A DNA stretch of 64,000 nucleotides from Acidimicrobiales bacterium (GTDB lineage: Bacteria; Actinomycetota; Acidimicrobiia; Acidimicrobiales; UBA8190). Of the stretch, positions 23,116 through 30,970 are shown piece after piece. Made by a program: the position numbers and the translations under genes. The stretch spans positions 609 through 64,608 of the forward strand of contig DATKIB010000172.1 in assembly GCA_035509915.1 (NCBI GenBank), read 5' to 3'. The notes beneath the pieces are model-generated. The model ran no database searches. It was not told the origin of the DNA and was given only the letters and a program-made list of their open reading frames with translations. The first letter of the stretch is position 1. Each line of letters begins with the position of its first letter.

Positions 23116-23346
23116 GTGCTGACGATAGCAATCGTCGTCGTCCACATAGCGGTGTCTGCCGCGCTGGTCTTCCTGATCCTGTTGCACTCGGGGAAGGGTG
23201 GCGGGCTGTCGGACATGTTCGGCGGTTCGGTGGGTCAGGCCGCCGCCGGCTCCACGGTTGTCGAGAGGAACCTTGACCGCATCACGATCACGGTTGCGGT
23301 GATCTTCGCCTTCACGACGCTTACGTTGGCGCTGCGCCTTCAGTGA
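23116..23346 (+). CDS. secG: Preprotein translocase subunit SecG
   Basis: 76-aa two-TM protein with LLHSGKGGGLSDMFGG. GTG start preceded by GGGAGGAG. Canonical position after tpiA. Confidence 0.85.
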   Translation: MLTIAIVVVHIAVSAALVFLILLHSGKGGGLSDMFGGSVGQAAAGSTVVERNLDRITITVAVIFAFTTLTLALRLQ

Positions 23347-25073
23347 ACGGCGCCCGCGTCGGCGTACTAATCGCCGCCGTGGTCCTGGCAGCATGCGGGG
23401 CTGTGCCCAACCCTCGCTCAAATCGCACGTCACCCGCTTCCGCTCCAGCTCTCGAGGGCACCTCGGGCGGCTCCGTGACGCTGGCCGTGGACCAGGTGCC
23501 CGTGACGCTCAACGACCACACGGTCCAAGGCGACAACGAGATCACCCGCGACGTCGCGAGCGCCATCTGGCCTCAGGTGTTCCAGGTCGGCCCCGGGCAG
23601 ACCCCGGTCCTCGACACCGACGTCGTGTCGAGCGCCGAGCTGGTGAGCATCTCCCCTCAGACCGTCGTCTACCAGATCAATCCGAAGGCTGTCTGGTCGG
23701 ACGGGGTGCCGATCAGTGCCGACGACTTCGTCTACGCGTGGCAGTCCCAACGAGGTGGGAACGACGTCGACGGTGCTCCCGACTCGGTGGCGTCGACTCT
23801 CGGTTACCGCGACATCACGTCCGTCACGTCCAGCAACGATGGCAGGACAGTGACCGTCGTGTTCCACACGCCGTTCGGGGCCTGGCCATCCCTCTTCGAC
23901 GACCTGTTGCCCGCACACATCGCCGAACGCATCGGGTGGAACCACGGGTTCGACACCCTCGACCCGCAGACGCAGGTCTCGGGGGGACCTTGGCTGGTGG
24001 CCTCGTGGAATCCGGGTAGCCAGATCGTCCTCGAGCGCAACCCGCGATGGTGGGGGACAGCCCCTCACCTGGACCGGATCCTGGTCGACGCCGTACCGGG
24101 ACAGGGCGCTATGGTCCAAGCGCTGCGAAGCGGGCAGGTCGATGTCGGCTACCCGTCGACCTTCGACAGTGACGCATTGGCACAGCTGACCTCCTCGCCT
24201 GGGCTCGAGACCCACGAGTCCCTCGGCACGACGATGCTCCAGTTGGTCTTCAACACCCGCCACGTCCCGCTGGACGATGTCGATGTGCGCCAGGGCATCG
24301 GGCACGCGATCGACCGCGCCGGACTGATCAAGACGCTGGTCCAGCCGTTGGACCCCCTCGTGTGGGAGGACAACAACTACCTGTACGCCAACACCGAGCC
24401 CCAGTATGTCGACGACGGTCCCGGCTACGTGGATTCGGACCCTGCTACGGCAGATCGCCTACTCACCCAAGGCGGGCTGATCGCCGACGCCAACGGCACG
24501 TGGACGCTGCACGGAGCACCCGTCGTGCTGCAGCTCGTGTGGGCGAGCGACGACCGTTGGTCCGAGGCCGTGGAGCCGGCTATTTCCGCCGGGCTCGTGG
24601 GAGCCGGCTTCGACGTGGAAACGACGCCGGTCACGAGCGATCAGCTCGTCTCCTCAGTCCTGCCCTCGGGGGCCTTCGACCTCGCGATCGCACCTGTGAG
24701 CACGAGCGCTTATCCGAGCGCGACTGCTGCCTACTACACGTCTGCGACCGCGGTGACAGGCCCCGCGTCCAACCTGAACTGGTCCGGGTACTCGGACCCA
24801 CACCTCGACGACCTCTTGACCCAGGCGGTGCAGCAGCTCGGGAGCAACCAGGCACAGCCGGTGTACCAACAGGTGGACCAGGAGCTCTGGTCCGACGTCC
24901 CTTCGCTCCCTCTGTTCGCAGAACCCACCTTGCTCGCGAGCTCTGCCTGGGTCGGCGGTGTCGCGGACGATCCCGGCGGTCTAGGGCCGATGTACTCGGC
25001 GGCAGGCTGGTACAGGCTGGCCGCGGTACCCGACAAGCCTTCTGGCTCCGCCGCGCGCCGGTCACAAGGGTGA
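23343..25073 (+). CDS. ABC transporter substrate-binding lipoprotein, family 5 (peptide/nickel type)
   Basis: Lipobox VVLAACG at the N-terminus. WSDGVPISADDFVYAW, ERNPRWWG and the overall length of about 570 aa are typical of SBP_bac_5. No cognate permease or ATPase genes are adjacent. Confidence 0.8.
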   Translation: MNGARVGVLIAAVVLAACGAVPNPRSNRTSPASAPALEGTSGGSVTLAVDQVPVTLNDHTVQGDNEITRDVASAIWPQVFQVGPGQTPVLDTDVVSSAELVSISPQTVVYQINPKAVWSDGVPISADDFVYAWQSQRGGNDVDGAPDSVASTLGYRDITSVTSSNDGRTVTVVFHTPFGAWPSLFDDLLPAHIAERIGWNHGFDTLDPQTQVSGGPWLVASWNPGSQIVLERNPRWWGTAPHLDRILVDAVPGQGAMVQALRSGQVDVGYPSTFDSDALAQLTSSPGLETHESLGTTMLQLVFNTRHVPLDDVDVRQGIGHAIDRAGLIKTLVQPLDPLVWEDNNYLYANTEPQYVDDGPGYVDSDPATADRLLTQGGLIADANGTWTLHGAPVVLQLVWASDDRWSEAVEPAISAGLVGAGFDVETTPVTSDQLVSSVLPSGAFDLAIAPVSTSAYPSATAAYYTSATAVTGPASNLNWSGYSDPHLDDLLTQAVQQLGSNQAQPVYQQVDQELWSDVPSLPLFAEPTLLASSAWVGGVADDPGGLGPMYSAAGWYRLAAVPDKPSGSAARRSQG

Positions 25074-25139
25074 TCCGCCAGCTGCGCGCGGTAGAGTCTG
25101 TGGTGCACTGTCGCCGTGCCAGCGGCCGGGGCAGCTCCC

Positions 25140-25223
25140 GTCGGAGTGGCGGAATAGGCAGACGCGCTAGCTTGAGGGGCTAGTGCCCGCAAGGGCGTAG
25201 GGGTTCAAGTCCCCTCTCCGACA
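25140..25223 (+). tRNA. tRNA-Leu, anticodon GAG (class II, long variable arm); CCA not encoded
   Basis: Hand fold. Acceptor GTCGGAG/CTCCGAC is perfect over 7 bp. Anticodon stem CTAGC/GCTAG with loop TTGAGGG (anticodon GAG). Variable arm GCCC-GCAA-GGGC. T arm AGGGG-TTCAAGT-CCCCT. Discriminator A. Confidence 0.85.
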
Positions 25224-25226
25224 CTG
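25208..25226 (+). repeat. attL-like direct repeat (tRNA 3' end), AGTCCCCTCTCCGACACTG
   Basis: Exact 19-nt match to 29675-29693. Covers the last 16 nt of tRNA-Leu plus 3 nt downstream. Confidence 0.75.
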
Positions 25227-25294
25227 CCGTTCTTCCAGCTAAGAGGGTATAGACCGTCGATCACTCCTTTCTGCCATTGCCCTCCAGTACGTGT

Positions 25295-25334
25295 GTGGAC
25301 ACGGAGGTGGACACAAATTTTGGGTGTCCGCCAC
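25295..25334 (+). promoter_or_regulatory. Repeat set upstream of the integrase: GTGGACAC x2 (direct, 12-bp spacing) plus an inverted GTGTCC core
   Basis: GTGGACAC at 25295-25302 and 25307-25314; GTGTCCGCCAC at 25324-25334. Lies 20-60 nt upstream of the integrase ATG (25355; RBS GAGGAG 25344-25349). Confidence 0.35.
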
Positions 25335-25354
25335 GGGTGCTGCGAGGAGCCACG

Positions 25355-26515
25355 ATGGCCGAGAACGTCGGCAACCGGGGGAGTGTCTGGTTCTACCGTT
25401 TCGACCTCCCTCCGGGTCCCGACGGAAGGCGCCACCAGAAGCGCGTGAGCGGTTTCCCGACTGAGCGCGACGCCAGGCGGGCGCTCGGCAGAGCGAAGCT
25501 CGACGTGGCCGACGGCCGCATGCGTCACTTCGCCGGGCGCACCGTGTCAGATCTCGTAGGCGAGTGGCTCGAGGCGGTGAGCCCCAACCGCAAGGCGACG
25601 ACGGTCGCCAACTACGCCATGCTCACGAAGGCCTACATAGCCCCGAGGATCGGCGAACAGCGGCTGGACCGGCTGACCCCGGCCGATATCCAGAAGCTCT
25701 ATGGGGAGCTGCGGCGCCGGGGTGGTCGCGATGCGAGGTCGCTTTCCGGCACACAGCTTCGCAACGTCCACCGAGTGCTCCACAATCTCCTCAACTACGC
25801 GACGCGCCTCGGTTACGTCGCACGCAATCCGGCGGACCAGGTCGAGAAGCCACGTGAGGACACCGAGGAGCGGCTCGTGTACACGCCCGAGCAGGTCCGG
25901 CAGTTCCTGGACGCCGCCGAGTCCGACCGGCTCCGCGCGATGTGGTGCCTGGTCGTGGCGATCGGCCTGCGGAGAGGGGAGCTTGCAGGTTTGCGATGGG
26001 GCGACGTCGACCTTGACGGATCCTCGCCGACTCTGACTGTGCGGAGGACCCGAACCTCTGCTGGCGGGCAAGTCGCGGACGGCGAGCCGAAGACCCGGTC
26101 GAGTCGCAGGGCGATCGTGCTCGACGAGGGCAGCGTGATGCGCTTGGAGGAGCACCGCCGGGCCATGCTCCGTGAAGCAGAACTACGCGGCGATCCGGGT
26201 TTGCGCGGCCACGTGTTCGTCGACGAGCTCGGCGGGCCCTACCGTCCAGCCTGGCTGACTCGCAGCCTGCGTTCCCTGCAGCGGCGCGCCGAGCTCCCCG
26301 AGATCACGCTCCACGACCTGCGCCATACGGCTGGGGTGAGATGGTGTGCCCCCACTCGGGACCGGATCGGTGCCGATTTTCGATCTGGTCGACTCCGAAG
26401 AACCCAGGGAACCACGCGAATCGACTGCACCAGAAGGTGCGAAACTGTCCGCACGGCCCCTCCGGGAGGGGTTCTGGGAGTTCGGGATGACCTTTGGCTT
26501 CACGCTCACGATTGA
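25355..26515 (+). pseudogene. Tyrosine recombinase / phage-type integrase, 3'-truncated (catalytic Tyr region missing)
   Basis: N-terminal SAM-like/AP2-like region (WFYRFDLPP...KRVSGFPTERDARRAL), core-binding region, catalytic R in GLRRGELAGLRWGDVDL, and HDLRHTA box at about 26312-26332. The final 61 codons are unrelated to integrases. No LGH...Y segment is seen in any frame downstream. Confidence 0.75.
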
Positions 26516-26529
26516 GGGCGCACTCGGGT

Positions 26530-26582
26530 GTTCCCTCATGGTTCCCGAGATAGTTCCCGCCTCGGTTCCCGAGATAGTTCCC
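26530..26582 (+). repeat. Array of five GTTCCC hexamers phased at 11-12 bp, including a 19-nt tandem unit GGTTCCCGAGATAGTTCCC x2 (period 24)
   Basis: GTTCCC starts at 26530, 26541, 26553, 26565 and 26577. Exact 19-mers at 26540-26558 and 26564-26582. Confidence 0.8.
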
Positions 26583-26743
26583 AAGCCCAGGTCAGCGAGC
26601 TGCGCGGCACAGAGGCCAATCCGGAGCGAGCGCAGCGAGCGGAGGGGCGGCAGGTAGGGGTCGCTCGCCTACCGGAGGACGACGTTGCGAAATGCCGCGG
26701 TCAGGCGGTCGAAAGCGGCTTGATCTGTGGCGGTGGACGAGCT

Positions 26744-26765
26744 GGGAACGTTTCCGAGATGGTTC
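26744..26765 (+). repeat. Central near-palindromic copy GGGAAC|GTTTCC followed by GAGATGGTTC (same repeat family)
   Basis: GGGAAC 26744-26749 abuts GTTTCCGAGATGGTTC, which differs at 2 positions from the GTTCCCGAGATAGTTC unit of the left array. Confidence 0.6.
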
Positions 26766-26953
26766 TTCATAAGAGATGCAGCTGTGTGGCTACATAAGAG
26801 ACCGACCCGGGACGGGGTGAACTCGACGGGTGAACCGGCAGGGCCTCGATAGGCGGAGACGCATGGCCAGGTAGGGGATGTATTGCGCACCCGGTTGCGA
26901 GTTCTCATTCGATGGGGCCACCGCGGCTCGGCAGGGGCTCGAGGGGTGCAGAA

Positions 26954-27004
26954 GTTCCCGTCGGGAAGGAAGTCGGGAACCATCTCGGGAACTGAGCTGG
27001 GAAC
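26954..27004 (-). repeat. Inverted array: GTTCCC then GGGAAG/GGGAAC x3 phased at exactly 12 bp
   Basis: GTTCCC 26954-26959. GGGAAG 26963, and GGGAAC at 26975, 26987 and 26999. GGGAACCATCTCGGGAAC (26975-26992) is the reverse complement of the left-array unit with one mismatch. Confidence 0.8.
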
Positions 27005-27296
27005 GACGAGGCGCACGATGGCGCCATGGAGCCCTACTTCGAGCACGACGGCGTTGATCGTCTAGGACGCGGACCTGTGGTCGGTCCGTGAGGTGGGGGA
27101 CATGGCGCTCTTGGTGGGGGTGCTCCCAGTGCCGGCGTTCGGGGTCACCCTCACGACAAGTCGGGCCGCGCGATATGGGATACCTCGGCCCCCTCGGAGC
27201 TCCCAGTATCAACGACCGGGATCGGCACATTGCTTGCGGGCGGGAACGATCAACTCCACTTGTGCCGTGAGGAGCGAGGCAACAAAATGGCGCCCG

Positions 27297-27590
27297 ATGT
27301 CAGAGACTTCTTCACCTGACTTCAGGGCACTGTTGGAGGATGAGCGCCAGAAGCTCCAATCCGAGCTGGAGGACGCCGAGGCAATCGGAGGACTCCAACC
27401 CTCGGCGTGGCGCGGCGAGTCGAGAGCCCGAGTTCCGCAACTCATCGATGCGCTCGACGAGTTAGAGCACGCTCTCCACAAGGTCGACAACGGCTCGTAC
27501 GGCCGCTGTGAGGAGTGCGGCCAGCCGATCGCTCCTGAGCGGCTCGAATTCAGCCCGGCCGCCCGGTTCTGCGTGGCCTGCGCCTCTTAA
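27297..27590 (+). CDS. TraR/DksA-family C4 zinc-finger protein (97 aa)
   Basis: C-terminal GSYGRCEECGQPIAPERLEFSPAARFCVACA (CxxC-N17-CxxC), preceded by a coiled-coil-like acidic region. ATG at 27297. Confidence 0.7.
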   Translation: MSETSSPDFRALLEDERQKLQSELEDAEAIGGLQPSAWRGESRARVPQLIDALDELEHALHKVDNGSYGRCEECGQPIAPERLEFSPAARFCVACAS

Positions 27591-27803
27591 CCACTCAACC
27601 CGCCAGCGGCAGGCGGAAGACTTTCGACCGCCGGTGCGCCCGATGGCGGTGGACCTTGACGGCACCGGTCGTGGTACCCAAGGTGCCATGGACGGGGTTG
27701 CGCTAGACACCTGCCGACCGGCGTTAGCGGACACTTTCAGCGCCCTTTCTGCTTGAGCGTTATGGGCGCCCTACGGCGGCTGCGGCCCTTGCGAGAATCG
27801 TGA

Positions 27804-28028
27804 TTGGGCTCGGCGCATCTTGGTGCCGCACTGCGCACCGGAGATATCTCGATCGACGAACTTCGTGAGTTCGTGATCCATTTTGCGGCTTATGCAGGAC
27901 ACCTCGGGCGACCGCTGCACGAGCTGCCCTTGACGCGGCTTGGATCCGGGTGGGGGAGCTCTAGCAGATCACTTCGGCTAAGGCTGCCAATACCTCAACC
28001 AGTGTGCCGATATCGGCCGACTCCCTAG
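27804..28028 (+). pseudogene. Possible fragment of a carboxymuconolactone decarboxylase (CMD)-family gene
   Basis: Only a short match: ELREFVIHFAAYAGH resembles the CMD-family helix (E..E.....A.YaG.P). There is no full-length domain, and the rest looks non-coding. Confidence 0.25.
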
Positions 28029-28397
28029 GCGGTGGGTCTTGACGTGGCTCGTGCCCAGCGCGTCCCTGGCCCGGCGATGGGTTACGCCAAACCCTATGTG
28101 CGGTCGAGCTATTGGGGCAGTGAATCGGTGAGCATCGGTCGGTCTGAGCGTCGGATGGCCGGATGCCGGCCTCACCAGATCCAGTAGCGCGCACCTTGCC
28201 GATGCCTGCAATAGGTAGGTCATCTGGAGCACAGAAACACTTGACAGCACGTCTCCATCGAAGGAGCATCGGCACCAGAGGGTTTGGCTCTGGGGTCCGG
28301 CATGCAACCCTCCATGCGTATTCGGGGCCGATGTTAGGAGAGGATCTTGAGCACTTACTTGGGTCGGATCCGTCGTGTTCACACGGGCTGGCGAGCT

Positions 28398-28799
28398 ATG
28401 CCAGGAAAGAACCTTGTCGTTTTTGATGATGCGATCGTAGAAGCGCGAGCCAGTGCACTGGATGGCCTGGCCGTTACGGGTTTGGGTTTCACGGGGCGGG
28501 CGCAGCAGGCCGTCAGCGCCGTCGGGAGCGCGAAGAACGCAAGCCTCGACCAGGATCCGCCGAGCCCTCAGGATCTCGCCGATCAGCATCCAGCGAACTG
28601 GATGATCCCGATCTCGAGCGTCAGCTCAGCCGTGCTGACCAAGCGAAAGCTCGGAATGCTCACCGGTGCCACTCGGCGGCTTGTCCTACACACGGACCAG
28701 GGTGATCGCATCGTCGATTGGGAGCGTCAGGCCAATCCCGATGAGACGACCATCGCCATGCTTAAGCAGGCTCTCGGAGAGCGGTTCTCACCGTCATAG
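28398..28799 (+). CDS. Hypothetical protein (133 aa from ATG 28398)
   Basis: ORF 28347..28799. The C-terminal half has protein-like composition (RRLVLHTDQGDRIVDWERQANPDETTIAMLKQALGERF). I recognise no family. It overlaps a competing antisense ORF. Confidence 0.35.
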   Translation: MPGKNLVVFDDAIVEARASALDGLAVTGLGFTGRAQQAVSAVGSAKNASLDQDPPSPQDLADQHPANWMIPISSVSSAVLTKRKLGMLTGATRRLVLHTDQGDRIVDWERQANPDETTIAMLKQALGERFSPS

Positions 28800-28840
28800 G
28801 GACGTGGCGGAAGCGACGCGTCGTAGCCCTTGTCCTGTCT

Positions 28841-29587
28841 TTGCCCGCGCGGCAAACTGGCAACGTGCTCTACGAAGCTGCGCGGCGGTTGGTCCCAAAG
28901 CGGGTCAAGGAGACGGTGTGGGACCATATGATGCGCCATCACGACGGCTCTCAGGCGGGCGAGGTGACAGTGCTCGACGCCCTGCTGCGCCCCGAGTTCC
29001 CGCGCTATCTGGTCGACATCGGTGCACACGATGGAGTGACGATCTCGAACTCTCGTCGCTACGTCCTCCAGGGCTGGCAGGCCGTGCTAGTCGAGCCCCA
29101 CCCCGACATCTTCGCCAAACTCACTGCTGCCTACGCAGAGTACCCAAATGTCCGCTGTTTCAACGTTGCCTGCAGTTTGGTATCAGGGATTCTGCCGCTA
29201 TACCTGGGTAAGAACGATCCTGAAGCCATGGCGTCGACGCTTTGTACCGATAAGAACCCGTGGTGCGACAGGATCCGAGGCGACGCGAGCGTGGATGTGA
29301 AGGTGGAGACCGTGACTCAACTTCTGAAGGACGCGGACTGGCCACAGGACTTCTCGCTGCTACTGGTCGACGCCGAAGGGATGGACTACGAGGTTCTCAA
29401 GGGCCTCGATTTTCTGTTTTTCCGCCCGCGGATCTTGGTCACCGAGGAATACATCTCAAACCCCGAGAAGCACCGCAACAAGCACTGGCTCCTGCTTGAC
29501 CAAGGCTTCACCTTCCACTCGATGGTTGGAGCCAACACAATCTGGATCGCCAACGAATGGGTCGACGTCTGCCTGGGACTGTCTTAG
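28841..29587 (+). CDS. FkbM-family methyltransferase
   Basis: LVDIGAHDGVTISNSRRYVLQGWQAVLVEPHPDIFAKL...VRCFNVACS, and the later LLVDAEGMDYEVLKG, match the FkbM (TIGR01444-type) pattern. Confidence 0.8.
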   Translation: MPARQTGNVLYEAARRLVPKRVKETVWDHMMRHHDGSQAGEVTVLDALLRPEFPRYLVDIGAHDGVTISNSRRYVLQGWQAVLVEPHPDIFAKLTAAYAEYPNVRCFNVACSLVSGILPLYLGKNDPEAMASTLCTDKNPWCDRIRGDASVDVKVETVTQLLKDADWPQDFSLLLVDAEGMDYEVLKGLDFLFFRPRILVTEEYISNPEKHRNKHWLLLDQGFTFHSMVGANTIWIANEWVDVCLGLS

Positions 29588-29674
29588 GCGAGCTCACGAC
29601 GCTGCGCCCGCTCGCGTGAGACTTCAGCTCTGCAAGCTCTCACCGACCTCAACGACGCGTGGGGTACTGTTGTG

Positions 29675-29693
29675 AGTCCCCTCTCCGACACTG
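29675..29693 (+). repeat. attR-like direct repeat, AGTCCCCTCTCCGACACTG
   Basis: Exact copy of 25208-25226. Weaker similarity to the tRNA T-arm extends a few nt upstream. Confidence 0.75.
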
Positions 29694-29775
29694 ACTGTGA
29701 CTAGGAAATATCTTCCACAGAGGAGCTCTTATAGGCGAAAGCCGCCTGACCGTTCGATAGAGGTCCGGTGAGCCT

Positions 29776-30489
29776 TTGATCGTCTCCAACAGTAGGCGGT
29801 TCGTATTTGTTCATATACACAAAACCGGCGGAGAGTCCATCAAGGCTGCGCTTGAGCCGTATCTCGATCGGACTGACGTCGTCCTTAACGACGATATTAA
29901 GCTTTGGTCATCTCGGCGAAACCGCAAACTGCACGCCGATAATCCCACACTTCACAAACACAGCACTGCGATAGCGATCAAGGACGCCATCCCCGCAACC
30001 AACTGGAGCGACTACTACAAGTTTGCCTTCGTGCGCGACCCGATTGAGCGTGCCATCTCCCTGTACGACTACATCGCACAAATGGTGTTGATGCGCCGTC
30101 GACCCCACCCGAGCCATGCCCGGTACTACACCAGGCATGGACACCGAGCGGACCCGCTCTCCTGGCCTGCTGTTGTCGCATTTCGAGCGACATCGTCCTT
30201 TTCCGAATTTCTCCGGCATCCCGCACTTGCCAATGAGACCGCGATGCAGCCCCAGGCAGATTCGCTATGCGACGCCGATGGCCGTCTCCTCGTCGACTTT
30301 GTTGGCCATGTTGACCGGATTCAGCAGGACTTCGCCCATATCGCATCCGTGCTCGCCTTACCTGTGCGATCGCTACCACGTCGGAACTCGTCAGAAGATC
30401 ACGTGCGTGTCAGATCGACTCTCAATGCGCAAGATCGGATGTACCTGGAAGCTCGTTTTCAGGTCGACTTTAAACTCTTTGACTTCTAG
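29776..30489 (+). CDS. Sulfotransferase-family protein (family 2 type)
   Basis: N-terminal FVFVHIHKTGGESIK resembles the HIPKTGGTS PAPS-binding loop of bacterial sulfotransferases. FVRDPIERAISLY is also family-typical. Start is TTG. Locally low GC: 30/60 G+C in 29881-29940 by hand count. Confidence 0.65.
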   Translation: MIVSNSRRFVFVHIHKTGGESIKAALEPYLDRTDVVLNDDIKLWSSRRNRKLHADNPTLHKHSTAIAIKDAIPATNWSDYYKFAFVRDPIERAISLYDYIAQMVLMRRRPHPSHARYYTRHGHRADPLSWPAVVAFRATSSFSEFLRHPALANETAMQPQADSLCDADGRLLVDFVGHVDRIQQDFAHIASVLALPVRSLPRRNSSEDHVRVRSTLNAQDRMYLEARFQVDFKLFDF

Positions 30490-30501
30490 CCAAGTCCTGT
30501 T

Positions 30502-30968
30502 TCACGACTCCGTATGCCCCGTTTGCGGTTTTGGTGTTGCGAGGAGCACTGGTATTCGTCGTGTCGTATTGGCCTGGTATTCGGCATACGGCGGGTACGC
30601 GATCACCGCGCGCCCCCACCACTTATCACGCTCTTCACCTTCTAACTCCTGCACCTTGACCTCGAAGACCTCGGGACCGTCTTGGAGGAGACCTCGTCAG
30701 GATTGGCCTTCAGGTTGTAGTACCAACCGGGATTTTTCGGGTCGCCGCCCTTCGACGCCACGATGGCGTACTGGCCGTCACACTCGACACGCATCACCGG
30801 TGCTTTGTGGACCTTCTTGCTGCGGTGCCCTCGCATGGTGATGATGACCACGGGGAGCCCCGTGTCGAGCAGGGTCGTCCCTTCCAGTCCGCCCGAGCCT
30901 TCATAGTACTCCACCTGCTCACGGACCCAGTCCCACTGGCTGGGCTGGTATTCACCCTCCAGTGTCAT
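30502..30968 (-). pseudogene. Deazaflavin(F420)-dependent nitroreductase/Ddn-like (DUF385) gene with a 1-nt frameshift
   Basis: Listed ORF frame gives ...VIITMRGHRSKKVHKAPVMRVECDGQYAIVASKGGDPKNPGWYYNLKANPDEV, then junk and a stop at 30642. My translation of the frame that ends at stop 30502-30504 continues the family sequence: QDGPEVFEVKVQELEGEERDKWWGRAVIAYPPYAEYQANTTRRIPVLLATP. The shift lies within the GGAGGAG run at about 30684-30690. Confidence 0.75.
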
Positions 30969-30970
30969 CT

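Larger units (their letters stand above)
25208..29693 (+). mobile_element. Degenerate tRNA-Leu-associated integrative element (genomic islet, about 4.5 kb)
   Basis: Bounded by the exact 19-bp direct repeat. A tyrosine integrase gene sits next to the tRNA-proximal repeat. Contents include gene fragments and stretches of locally lower GC. Confidence 0.65.

Noticed and set aside
26346-27046. ORFs 26346..26657 (+) and 26669..27046 (-), which encode VPEIVP/VPEMVP or GTISGT peptide repeats.
   Set aside because: The peptide repeats simply mirror the DNA hexamer arrays. The same DNA yields repeats in several frames and on both strands, and the remaining ORF sequence is not protein-like. I treat it as a DNA-level repeat.
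27978-28589. Possible degraded IS481/IS3-type transposase on the minus strand. PTDAHRFTAPIARPHIGFGVTHRRAR vaguely resembles TDNG..F.......GI.HRRTRP.
   Set aside because: Only a short, weak resemblance. No DDE triad, no downstream GK.ER motif in any frame, and no terminal inverted repeats. This is not enough to call.
30684-30690. Programmed ribosomal frameshifting as the explanation for the Ddn-like and cyclase (45232-45238) frame breaks.
   Set aside because: I see no slippery heptamer of the X XXY YYZ type and no evident downstream stimulatory structure. Neither family is known to use recoding. Mutation or an assembly indel is more parsimonious.
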